NCBI RefSeq assembly: GCF_000315625.1
Contig: NW_005434641.1
Coordinates: forward strand, 512,472-576,471
DNA length: 64,000 bases
Source: Guillardia theta CCMP2712
Lineage: Eukaryota; Protista; Cryptophyta
Reading direction: 5' to 3'
A model generated the notes under the pieces. That model did not search any database. It saw nothing but the letters and a program-made list of their open reading frames with translations, and was not told the DNA's origin. The position numbers were made by a program, and so were the translations under genes. Shown piece by piece: positions 1 to 11,700 of this stretch (position 1 is the first letter of the stretch; each line of letters starts with the position of its first letter).

Positions 1-686
1 AGCGAAGATCATCTAGTCAACGCAGCTCATTCCTACAGGTGGCTTGCTGTCCTGCTGGTTCCAACCTCCCTCCTGCTCTGACTGCCAGGGCCTTGGCCTC
101 TCGACAGATTATATCGCGAGTACGGTGGCGAGAAGGACATCACCATCTTCAAGGGAGATCACAACAGCCCGCGGCCCCAAGACTTCACGAACAGGCTCGA
201 GCCCTTTTTGGTTGATTTGGTTCGGCTTACCTCCCGCCTTTGCAGAGCTCGTGATTTTCTTGTCAAGAAGTTGAAGTCTGCAGAGACCGATTTCAATCAG
301 ATTCGAAAGGTGCACAAAATGCTCTGGTTCCATGTCATCCCTGTGACAATGAAGCAGAGGAAGAGGATCTTTCATCGCATGAAGTTCCATCTCTTCAAGA
401 ATTCTGCGTTAAAGGCCAAGAAGGAGCCTGTCTACAAACTTGGCGCGGTTGCGGTGATTGAGCTGCGTGGGAACCAGGACACGATCTGAACGCTTGTTGG
501 CAGGCAAGAAGTGAATGTAACGGATCGACCACGAGCAAAGAGCAAAGTCAGGAGGTCCGAGAAATTAAGTTAGATGATCACACGAATTTCTTTCTGGTGT
601 TGGTTGGCAGTATTGTCGCGGTCGTCGTCCTGTACGTGTTGAACTTTGGAAACATGGGGGTCGAGATGCACTACAGATACCTATGA
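1..686 (+). CDS. 3' part of an alpha/beta-hydrolase (YqkD/ABHD-like) with a C-terminal TM helix; spliced, 5' truncated by the window
   Basis: Spliced translation SEDHLVNAAHSYR|LYREYGGEKDITIFKGDHNSPRPQ matches the catalytic-His region (GDHNS.RP) of this family. The last exon reads FFLVLVGSIVAVVVLYVL...YRYL*, with TGA at 684-686. Confidence 0.7.
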
Positions 687-710
687 CGGTCTTGACAGAG
701 ACTGCAATCT

Positions 711-1971
711 TCATGCTTTGTACCATGTCTGTATTTTAGTGCGAAGTAAATCCAATTTTCTGGCGAGATGTGGGGAAGGTTGTAGTACACGAAGATGAAG
801 AGGAGCATGGCAGGCAATCGCGAAATCACGGAAACAATCAAACAAAACCAGGAGCCGGGGAGAGGACAAGCTGCAAGTCAGACATATCCGTGGGTCAGGT
901 AAGAGTTCCTTCGATACGCTGCTACAGTAGAGCGCAGATCTTGTAGCTCTCGCTGCCTCATGGCACGCTCCCCTTGCAGCCTTCAAGGAACTTTCAGAGC
1001 ACCGCAAAGGCTGCCGGGCAGCGACCTGAGTCGATGCTCTCTCTCCTCTCGAAACTGGTTCTGGGACATGGTCAGCGACGACCCCAGGAACTCGACCACC
1101 GCTCGGATCTCCTGCAGTGACTTCGCTGCCTCGCTTGAGATTATCTTGGCCTTGCGCTCGACCTCAGCAGGGGAACAAAGTAGTCAGCCAGCAAGAGTTA
1201 CCTTCCTGCTTGACTCTTCCGCTGTCTCTGCTCTGAGCTGCAACGCCCTTGCAGCGGCGACTATCCTGGCCTGCACTTCCACCGATCAGCGCAAGGTAGG
1301 GCAGGGAGAATCTTTTCCTCTTTCTCCCGCGAGAGCTCAACGACTTTGTGAACGTGCTCTTGCGACTTCTCGGACACTCTCCTCACGCGATCTTCGAGGT
1401 CAAGGATGTATACTCCGGCCTTGTTGTAGTCGGACGTCAGCGATTGCATTGACGCCGTCAACTTGGCGTTGATGACTCTCAGATCTCTGCAGTTGATGCA
1501 CATGTCCGAGTGCATCGTATGGAGCGGGGGCGCTTTTCCCACGTACATGGGAAACTCTCTGCTGAACTTGAGGCCTCCGAGGTCAAACCATGGCTCGTTG
1601 ATCTCAAATAGAGATCCGCGATCGGACCAGTAGTTCTTACCGAAGTTGAACTGCGCTGGCTTCGCATGCCTGTCATCATGATCCGGTCCCCCCCGCCCTG
1701 TAGAGTTGGGGTCTGGCATGTCGTGGTGCTTGCTGTCGGTGGCTAGGATCTGCTCAATGCTCTGCAGTCGCGTGCAGATCCTGTCGATATCAGCCCGCAA
1801 CATGTTTGTATCTTCCATGGTTCGGTGTATTCGCCCGTCGAACACTACCTGAGGCTGCCTGCTCCCGCTCCCGGGCTGTCCTCCCTGTCTGCTGCTCCTG
1901 TTGAGCCCCCCGTCTCTGCTCGCGTCCATGTTCGCGTCCCTACCGCCCCCCAAAGCCTCCGGCGTCTGCAT
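711..1971 (-). CDS. Hypothetical coiled-coil protein, spliced
   Basis: ORF 1261-2034 has heptad-like segments (LRADIDRICTRLQSIEQIL; LDLEDRVRRVSEKSQEHVHKVVELSREKEEK). ATG at 1971; 3' exons uncertain. Confidence 0.5.
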
Positions 1972-2039
1972 GGGCCGGCCTGCGCCCTTGCAAGTTGAGC
2001 GTCCCCGTGAAAGGCAGGAGAAAGAAAAAGTCAATCATA

Positions 2040-2470
2040 TGTACCGTCCGGTCCGACACTGTGACTGACTCTGACTCTCACCAGGTCGGACCGCCGCCCG
2101 GTGGCGGCGGGGGCCGGGCCGGCCCGGGGCCCGGCACGGGCCAGGCACTGCGGCAGCCTAGCCTGTCCGGTCCGGTCCACGGGACCCGGGCACGGCACCC
2201 ACGGCGTCACGGATCGCCGTTGGGCCTGTCCGGCAGTGTCAGGGTCAGGGCGCGGCCTCCTCGTTAACTTTGACTCCCGTAAAGGTTCAAGCCTCCTCGA
2301 CTCTCCTGATTGTCCTCGTACTGATTTTTAACTTAACTTTGAGTGAAGGAAGCTTCAGTACTGCGGTATAGCCGCGGGCCGCCGCGGGGCCCGGACCCGG
2401 CCGGCCCGGCTTCTCGGAAGTTCACTGAACTTCCTCGGAGTCACCCGTCGGCCGGGCCGCTTCCGAAGTT
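2040..2470. promoter_or_regulatory. CCGG/GGCC-rich island between divergent gene starts
   Basis: Very GC-rich and dense in short palindromes (ccgg, ggcc, cccggg, ccgcgg). Lies between ATG 1971 (-) and ATG 2538 (+). Confidence 0.5.
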
Positions 2471-2537
2471 TCGTGTTTGAATGAAATTTCAAACTCGCAT
2501 TATAAGAAAACGAGGCGGGCCTGAGGAGAGGAGCACA

Positions 2538-5500
2538 ATGGCGGCATGGGCGCGGGCGGACACGGAGGGCATGTTCGGAGGCGGCATGGAGCCAACGGTC
2601 GGGAGAGCAGACTCGGTGGCAGGTGAGCGACATGCAAGTGACCCATGGCAGAACGAGTAGAGGAAGAGGAAGGCAGGCCGGAGGAGCAGGAGGAGTGGTA
2701 GAGGCGGTGCGGTTGTTCTAGGGAGGGCGATGCGTTGGACGGGGAGGTGGCGCAGCGAGCGGGGATCGCGCGTGTCTTGTGCAAGAAAACGGAAAATGCG
2801 AAAATAACGATGATGAGATGATGTAGCATGTCAGTGACTCGCAGCTCTCTAGGCTACAACCCCGGTGCAAGAATATCACTGCGAGCCTCCCGCCCTGGCA
2901 CCGCAAAAGCAGGTGGTGTCTGGCGCTGGAGGAGGAAGTCGTTGACTTGCTGTGCTCAGGGCCGCCTCCACGAAGACCGCCGTCCATCATGCCCGTGGTG
3001 AGGCCGCGGACTGCTGTCTCAAGTGCCCCGAAGCCAGCAGCGATCGGGCATTACTCCTTCCGCGTGGAGGAGAAGGCGTCTGTGCAGAGTGAGCTGAAAG
3101 TGCCGCCTGTTCTGCTCATGGGGAGGAGCAGCACAATGAGAAACTCATCGCAGAAGAATCAGCAGCGTGCTGAGCTCCTCAAGTACAAACTTCGTCCTGG
3201 GGCTCTGGAGGAGCTGGGGCTGGACGAGGAGGAGGGGGGAGAAGACTTCAGCGACGGCAAGAGCGTCTCCTCGACAGTGAAGTCCAGCACGAAGAACAGG
3301 ATGTCGCCAGTTCCTGAGAGATACGAGATTGCTCCCTATGGCGGCAAGCGAGAGATCATGAGTCTGAAGCAGCAGATCATGGTTCCTGACATGTTGTGCT
3401 TCTTCAAGGACTGGGCTGACTGTTTGGCTGGCAGGAAACGGAGAGCGCGACATGGGATACGAAAGCACAGATTGACAACTTGAGGACCAAGACTCAACTG
3501 ACGGCTGCTCTGGTGGAGGAGAAGGTCGGGCATGTGAAGCAGGCGAACAGCGTGCTGGACACGGAGCTGCAGGAGATCGAACGGCAGATCGACGAGCTGA
3601 AGAGGATCAGCAAGACGCAGGTGGAGGAGATCAAGACGCTAAGGGAGATGAACAGGAAGAAGGAGATGACGATAAATGACGACAAGAGGACGATGAGGGA
3701 GCTGGAGGAGAAGATCAGGGACTCTCAGGTCCTCAGTGACTCGGTCGACGTCCACAAGTCACCGGTGAGGAGCGAGGTCTCGAAGGAGAGCAAAGAGAAG
3801 GCCGTGCGGAGGAGCGAAGAGTTGCACGTGCAGGCAGAGACAGAGGAGTTTGATCTGAACTCCCTCTCCATCCCCTTCGAGCTGCAGAAGCTGGTCTCCC
3901 TGGATCATATCAGGAACGAGTACGACGGGAGGATCTACGGGGAGAGAGGGAAGGAAGAGGAGGAGGAGCAGAGCTATCATCCGAGCCAAGATTTCATTCC
4001 GGTCTCCTATCTTTCTCCTCCTCTGCTCTCCTTCCTCGCTTTCTCCATTCCTCCTCTCGTATCCCCTTCGCCCCTTCCCCTCGCTTCTCTCCTCCTGAAC
4101 GATGTTGCAGATTCCCCCATGGCTGTCCAGCAGCAAGCCTCCTCCCGACTGGTCTGATCAGGCGGGATCGCGGGTAGCAAACTACCAGCCGGCTGTGTCC
4201 TCCCTCCCCGAGGGTCAGCTTTCCCTGAAGCTCGTCCACGGCTACAACGGAGAGTCGTCAGTCCGCTGCCTTCTTCTCACCCAGACGGGGAAGCTTGTCT
4301 ACCCAGCCGCCTCCGTCTGTGTGATCCTCGACACGGTCAATCACGTCCAGGAACACTTCACGGAGCATGTGGATACTGTCATCCACCTTGTTGGACACCC
4401 CGGGGGCCTCGTAGTTGCCAGCAGCGACGCGGGGAAGCTAAACAACATCTGTATCTGGGACAGCGAGAGCAAGGAGGTGCAGTCTCGGTTGCAAGGGTTC
4501 CACCAGGGGCCCGTGCTGTGCATGTCCTTCTCCCATGACGGGAACATCCTCGCGACGTTGGGGAGGGAGGAAAGCCACATGCTGTGCCTGTGGGACTGGA
4601 GGAAAGAGACCAAGTTGCTCCATACGAGGTCGCACGTCAAGCCGGCCATGTCCCTGACGTTCTTCCCCAAGGACGACTACGTGGCCTGCTGCGGGATCGA
4701 GTTCTTGCGGGTGTGGAAGATCAAGCAGAGCAAGATGGAGCTGGTGCATAGCAGCGATCAGTTCAAGAAAGACAAGGCCATCCACTGCTGTGCCCTGTCG
4801 ATGGTGCTGAGGTACGACGGCCGGCCGACGACTTGCCTGGTTGTTGGCAACGACGAAGGATCTCTGCTGGTCTGGTCTTACAACGAGAACGCGGAGGACG
4901 CTCTGCCACAAGACGCGAGGGATGAAACCGTCATCAAGCTCAGAGACACGGAGAGGAGGGCCCACGATGGAGCTATCCTCCTCCTGTGTCATCATGCCGG
5001 TACGCCCCCCCCTCCCGAGCCTCCTCGTTCCACTGACGTGTTGCACTTGTCAGCTTCCACTAAATCATCTTCTCCTCCTTCCTCCTTCTTCACCGGTGGC
5101 CTCGACGGCCGAGTCAGATGCTGGGAACCTCATACCGTCAAGGGGATTCAGCCTGTAATACCAAGACACCGTCTCCCTCTTGCTCTCATACGAGCTTTCA
5201 TCTCCCGTCCTCTCCAACCCCCTCCCTCCCCTCCCATCCTTTCCCCTGCCGTCCTCTCCTCCTTCCTCCTTCCTCCTTCCTCCGTCCACTCCTTCCTCTC
5301 CATCTCCCCCTTCCTCCGTCCACTCCTTCCTCTCCACCTCCTCCTTCCTCTTCCCCCCCCTCCTGTTCTCCTTCTCCTCCTTCCCACGTGCTGACTCTGC
5401 TGCAGGTCTGGACTGTTTCCATGGACGAGGTGTCAGCTGCCATCTCTCCCACGTTCAAGTCGCACAAGTCATCCATCAGCGGGGTGACGTCTGGGAACAA

Positions 5501-5933
5501 ACTCTACGTCGGGACCGTCCACAACGACATCTTCGAGTTCTCTCTGGGAGGAGGAGGAGCCCTTCCTTCCTTGAGCAGGAGCATCGTTCAAGGTCACTCC
5601 AACGGAAGCATCTTCAGCATGGACGTCCACCCGACCAAGAACCTCGTTGCTACTGTCGGAGGGGACAAGACCCTTCGGGTGTGGAGGATAGGAGGCAGCA
5701 GGTCCGTCCCCCGCATCATCATGCTCAGTCAGGAGGAGAAGGGTCCTTCCCCCTCGGCCGTCTCCTTCAGCCCGGACGGTGAGCACCTTGCCGTGGGCTT
5801 CGAGGACGGGAAAGTTTGGATCTTCGATTTCTCCCTCCAATTTGACAACATGCCAAACATGATATGGTCAGTGACAACTGCACCGCTTACTACTCTCCCT
5901 TCCCCTCTCTCTCTCCATCTCCTTGCTCCGCTA

Positions 5934-5997
<64 letters not shown>

Positions 5998-8686
5998 TCC
6001 TCCTCCTCCTCCTCCTCCTCCTCCTCCATAGCTTACGGATGTGCTCGTAAGACTTGAAGATGTCACCACCTCCTCCTTTTGCACCTTCCCATCCTCATCT
6101 TCCTCCTCCTCCTCTTTTCCTTCCCTAACGTTGTGCAGGGAACCAGAGCCTTTACTGCTGAAGAACGAGGACGACAGCACAGTCAAGCTCTCCACACTTC
6201 CCAGTCCCATCACAGTGATCCGTTTCAGCCCGAGCAAGCCTTTCCTTGCCGTAGGCAGCAGCAACGGGAGGGTCACCGTCTTTCTTACTGAGAGCGATCA
6301 GAGCAGCTCCCTGTATCCAGCGAGGAAGCCCGTCAAGGCGCATACAGGGCACGTGCTCGCTATCGACTTCACAGAGGAGGGAGACGTTCTGCAGACGCAA
6401 GGAGCAGACAACCGGCTGCTCTACTGGCGTGCGGAGGCAAAACCAGCCTCTCCCTTCCTCTCGGTCTCGGAGGTGGACGGAGTGGGCGGGAGGAGGTGGA
6501 GCCAGTGGAGCAGCGGGATCGGGTGGGAGGTCGAGGGGATCAGCAGGATCGACTCTCTCTCCCTCGTCTCCACCTCCACCTCCATCTCCAAAGACGGCAA
6601 GGAGCTCCTGGCATGGTCGGACCATCGCCTCCGCCTCTACAGGTTCCCAGCTCGTCCTCCGGCGCTCTTCCGCTCCTACCTCGGCCACTCCTCCGTCCCT
6701 TGCGCCGCCAAGAGCAACTGGAACGACTCCTCCCTTGTCTCCGCCGGGTCTTCAGACCTCTGCGTGATCGAGTGGAAGTACAGGGAGAGGGCGGAGAAGG
6801 AGACTAAGACGCCGCCCTTGGTGGACCGCAAGGACAAGAGGAGGAGCTGGATGGAGGAGGAGATCGAGGGAATGGTCGTCAGCCTCTGCTTCGAAGACTC
6901 CTCAGGTATCGCCTCCTCCTCGTCCCTCCTCCTCAAGCTCTGGACCAACTTGCGGGATGCTCTGTGCGGCCTGCTGGGCGTCCCTCCCTCCAGGCTGCTC
7001 CTCTGCAACGCGTTGGGCCCGAAGCTCGAGCTGCTCGTTTGCCTCCTCCCACACGAGGAGGGGTGGGACCAGGAGCCGACGCCGCGTCGCCTCTTCGACC
7101 GGATGAGGAAGAACTTCGAGGACGGGGTCGTGTACAAGACCAGCACTGGCATCCCTTACCTCTCCTCCCCTCCCACTGTCCTGCAGACTCCTCGAGAAGA
7201 GGAGGACGAGTTCATGGGGATCCGGCCATGGCTGGGAACGATCGCTCCTCCTTCCGACTGGAGCACGGAGCACGGGTCGGTCTCTCTCGGTTTCCTGCCC
7301 CCCCTCCTTATCGAGCGGGAAGAGGGAGGATACACGGCTCGAGCTCGCATGCCCTCCATCCTGCCCGGCTTGTTCGAGTCGAAGCTCACGCTGGAGCGTG
7401 TGCACGGATTTCTCGGTCGCTCTCCCCCCCTCCTCGTCTACGTCGACAACAGTCGCCTCCTCTACCCTGTCGGGGCCATGCTTGTGCTGCATGATACGCG
7501 CTTCCGATCGCAGAGCTTCTTGCAAGGGCACGTCGGGGAGGTGACGTGCATGGCCGTATGCAAGAAGGAGGAGGCGGTGCTGGTGGCTACAGCAGAGAAG
7601 GGGCTTCACGCATGCATCAGGATATGGAACGTGGAGGACGGGAGGGAGCAACTGTGCCTCCGGGGGCTGGAGGAGGAAGGCGTTGTTTGCCTCTCCTTCC
7701 TCCTCCAAGACTACCTCGTCTCCGTCGCTGCCGACGAGTTTCACAGCGTCGCCGTGTGGGACGTCAGCAAGGGCTGCCTGCTGTGCAGGAGCGCCGGGGA
7801 CATCAACAGGCTGTGGGGGCTGACCTGCTTCGTGAAGGAGACGCCGGCAGGTCAAAACTTCGTAACTGTCGGGGTTGACACCGTTCGCTTCTGGAAACTC
7901 AACGTGTCGCGGTCAAGTTGCTCCTTGTCAAGTAGGAAGGGGCTCTTCGGGAGCAAGGGAGGGAAGCAGACGCTGCTGTGTGTAGAGAGCATGCTCCTGG
8001 AGGAGAAGGAGGGTGGAGAGGACGGAAAGGATAGTTTCATCACTGTGTGCGGGTCAGAGAGCGGATCTCTCTTCGTGTGGAGGGAGAGGTCGCTGTGGTT
8101 GGACGGCAAGGCGCACGACGGTGCTGTACGCTCACTGTGCGTCTGCCAGGATCAACCTGAGAATTTCTTGAGCGGAGGGGAGGACGGGGTTGTGAAGATG
8201 TGGACTCTGAAGGACAGGAGCCTCGTCTCCGTCTTCCTCGTCGAGTGCAGGCGTCTGCTCCCTGCACTAGCGAGCTGCAGGCTGCTGTGCCTTGCTACCG
8301 TGGGAGGGGGAGGAACAAGACAGAGAGTTGCGATCGGGACCGATCGCCATGCGCTGTACGAGCTCGAACTTGACATGAAGGATGCAAAGAGGATCAAGAT
8401 GGTGGTGGGCTCGTTCCAGGAGGTCAACTCCTCCCCCTCCTCCTCGGGCTGTGCCGCTCTCGCCGCCCACCCTCACTCCTCCTTCTTCGCAGCAGCAGGA
8501 GAGAACGGGACTTGCCGGCTGTGGGACCTGTCAGGGCACTCCCATATGGGCGAGATCGACCTCCAGCATGACTGCAAGGAGCTGGAGTTCCACCCGGGAG
8601 ATTTGCAGCACCTGGCAGTGGGGCTGAGGAGGGGAGGAGTGAAGATTGTGCAGTATGCGCGAGGGGCAGGAGGAGCAGGAGCAGGT

Positions 8687-8764
<78 letters not shown>

Positions 8765-11700
8765 AGGTTCCTCCTATCCATGCTCTTCTCGCTCGAGCAG
8801 CGAACTTGTGGGGTCCGGAGGCTCAAGTACTCGCCCGACGGCGCCTACCTCGCCGTGGCGACAGAGGACAAGACTATTGACATCTATGTCGTAGCCCAGC
8901 AGTACTCCAGGTGGGGTGTGTGCAAGGGGCATGCTGACGAGGTCATCAACTTCGACTGGAGTGAGGACGGGTCCGTGATCAGGAGCAACGACCGGTGTTA
9001 CAACCTCCTCTACTGGCGGGTGGATGCGATGAGGAGAGGTCTGATTGAGCCCTGCCGGTCCAAGGCAGAGTACTCCGACTCCTCCTGGGCGACTACCTCC
9101 TGCCCCCTCACCTGGTCCACCCAACATGTCGGGAAGATGTACGAGGCGGTCAGTCAGATCCAGGACCTTGACAGGTCAAGGAACGGCTCCCTGCTCGCTC
9201 TCGCTGACTCCTTCGGGTACCTGCGAGTCTTGAGCTTCCCGAGCATCGATAGGGGCAGGTGCCTGGCGTACCGTGCGCATGCCGGTGGCTGCGGGCATGT
9301 GGCTTTCACGTATGATGACAGGAGGGTACTGTCAGCGGGGGTTAGGGACGGGTGTGTCATGCAGTGGAAGGTGGAGCTGCTGCCAGCAGAGACGAGCTCG
9401 CAACTTGTCTCAGAGCAAGGGAGGAGGCAGATCATCAACTCGTTCAACGGGCCGGAGGAGGGAGCGATGGAGTTGGGGGAGGTGGCAGGAGGGATGGGAA
9501 GGGCGACAGCAGTGGAGGAGGAGGGAGAGGAGGATTCTCTCCTGACGTTCAAACCCTTCATGTCAGCCATCTTCCCTCCTCAGACAGGAGGCAAGCACGC
9601 TGTGTTCAAACCTGGGCAGGCGCCGGAGGAGGAGCTTGAGTTGGACTACATCCATGGCTGTCACTTTGAGGCGTCCTGCAGCAACCTGCTCGTCACCAGG
9701 CTCCTCCATGTCGTCTACTCCCTCGCCAACATCGCCATCGTGCACGACTCGTCCTCCTCCTCCCAACGGTTCTGCTGGGGACACACAGACAGGGTACTGA
9801 GCATGGCGCTGCATCCGGACCAGAGGCTCTTTGCGACGGGGCAGGCGGGGCCGGACCCCTTGGTGTTCATCTGGGACAGCGAGGAGGAGGAGGTGAAACA
9901 GGTGGAGTCGAGCAGAGTCAAGTCTGTCAGGCATGTCTGGCAACATGTCAGTAACCGAGTGGTGGACGTCAGCTCGCTCTGCTTCGCGTCCAACGGCCGA
10001 TACCTTGTGGTCCTGGGCGGCGAGACGCAGGTGGCAGTCTGGGACTGGAGGGTTTCCTCCTTGGTTGCTTGCGCCTCTGGGGACCCGAACCCAACCTTCT
10101 GCTCGTTGGCGAACCCCAAGTTCCAAAACCATCATCATCATCATCAGCAGGAGCAGCACCAGCACCAGCACCAGCACCAGCACCAGGGAGAGGTCATGTT
10201 TGTCTCGTGCGGCTACCGGCACATCCTCTTCTGGACGATGCTGGGAGGGAGGTTGAGGAAGAGCTACGGAGACTTGTGCTCGAGGGGCCTCATCACCAAT
10301 CACTACTCGCTCGAGTTTGTGCGCGACCTTCTCGTCTCGGGGACGGAGGAAGGCTACCTGTACATCTGGAAGGACAGCAAGTTGCTCAGTATCCACCATG
10401 CGCACTCAGGGCCGGTGCTCTCCCTCAGCAGCTCTTCACAAGGAGCAGGCGGCCCAGTGGTGGTGAGCGGAGGGGCAGACCGAGTTGTGAAGACCTGGAG
10501 GATCTTCGAGGACACGGAGGAGCTGGAGGCGACGAATGGCCAGGGGATCGCGATGGAGACGGTGACAAGGGGGATGACGACAGCAGCTCATCCAGAGTCC
10601 CTCGCGGTCCATGCGCTCCAGCTGCGGCTGGTCCCTCACGTGACGACCAACATGAGCCAGGAGGTCTGGAGGGTGGCGGTGGGGACGAGGCAGTCAGGCA
10701 TCTTCCTTCTCACCCTCCCGTCGCTCATCTCCAACCTCAAGGAGGAAGTGCTCGAGTTCTACCAGGACAGCCTCAGCCTAAAGGTGTACAAGTCCGTCAC
10801 CTACGACCTCTCCGACTCCTTCCTCCCTGCCGTCCAGTTCCTCAACGGAGGCCTCTCCTCCTCCGATCCCTCGAGCTTTGAAACCTCGCTCACCGCCCGC
10901 GCCATCGCCGCTAACCCCTGCAGCGAGAGCCAGTACGCCGTCGGGGACGCGGCAGGACGCGTGAGGGTATGGGACTCGTCGGCCAACACCTGCGTCAGCA
11001 TCCTAGAGAGCAGGGAGAGCGAGGGGCGCGTGTTCAGCCTGGCCTACATGCCGCAGCCGGAGGACGCGAGGGACACATGGAGGGTCGTCGTGGGGCTCAA
11101 GGGGGGAGTTCAAATGTTCGACCAGAGCAGCGACGGTGATGACGTGGAGATGTTGCGGGAAGGGATCGGGAGCAAGGACGTTGTCAGCGCCCTCAAGTTC
11201 TCGCAGCTGTGAGTTTCTACTCCTTCCTTCTCCCTGTCCTCCTCTCCTTCCTCCTCTCTCTCCTCGGTTCCCTCCCCCTCCCCCCCCTGTCTCCCTCCTC
11301 CTTTCCCTCACCGCTCATCACCCTCGTGCTAATCCTTTCGCAGGTGGGAGCGAGAAGACGTTCTCATGTGCTACCTGGCCGTCGGTACCAGCAGAGGAAG
11401 CATCCTTCTCTTCGAGTGGAGCTTCGAGACCGAGAGGTTTACCAAGAGGTCCAAGCTCAGGGGTCACTCCGGCATCCTCCTCAACATCGACTTCTCCTCC
11501 GCCGACATGTCTGAGCCCTCGTACATGCGCAGCAACTGCACGCGGTTCGAGCTCAGGCACTGGGACCTCCGGTCCTTCCTCGAGGTCCGGTCGGCCGCTC
11601 CTCTCAGGGAAGAAGTTTGGTCCTCCTCCTCCTGCTCCCTCTCCTGGTCGGCGACGGGAATCCACCCCGAGCTCTACGAGGTCGTTCCTGCCGTCGACGC

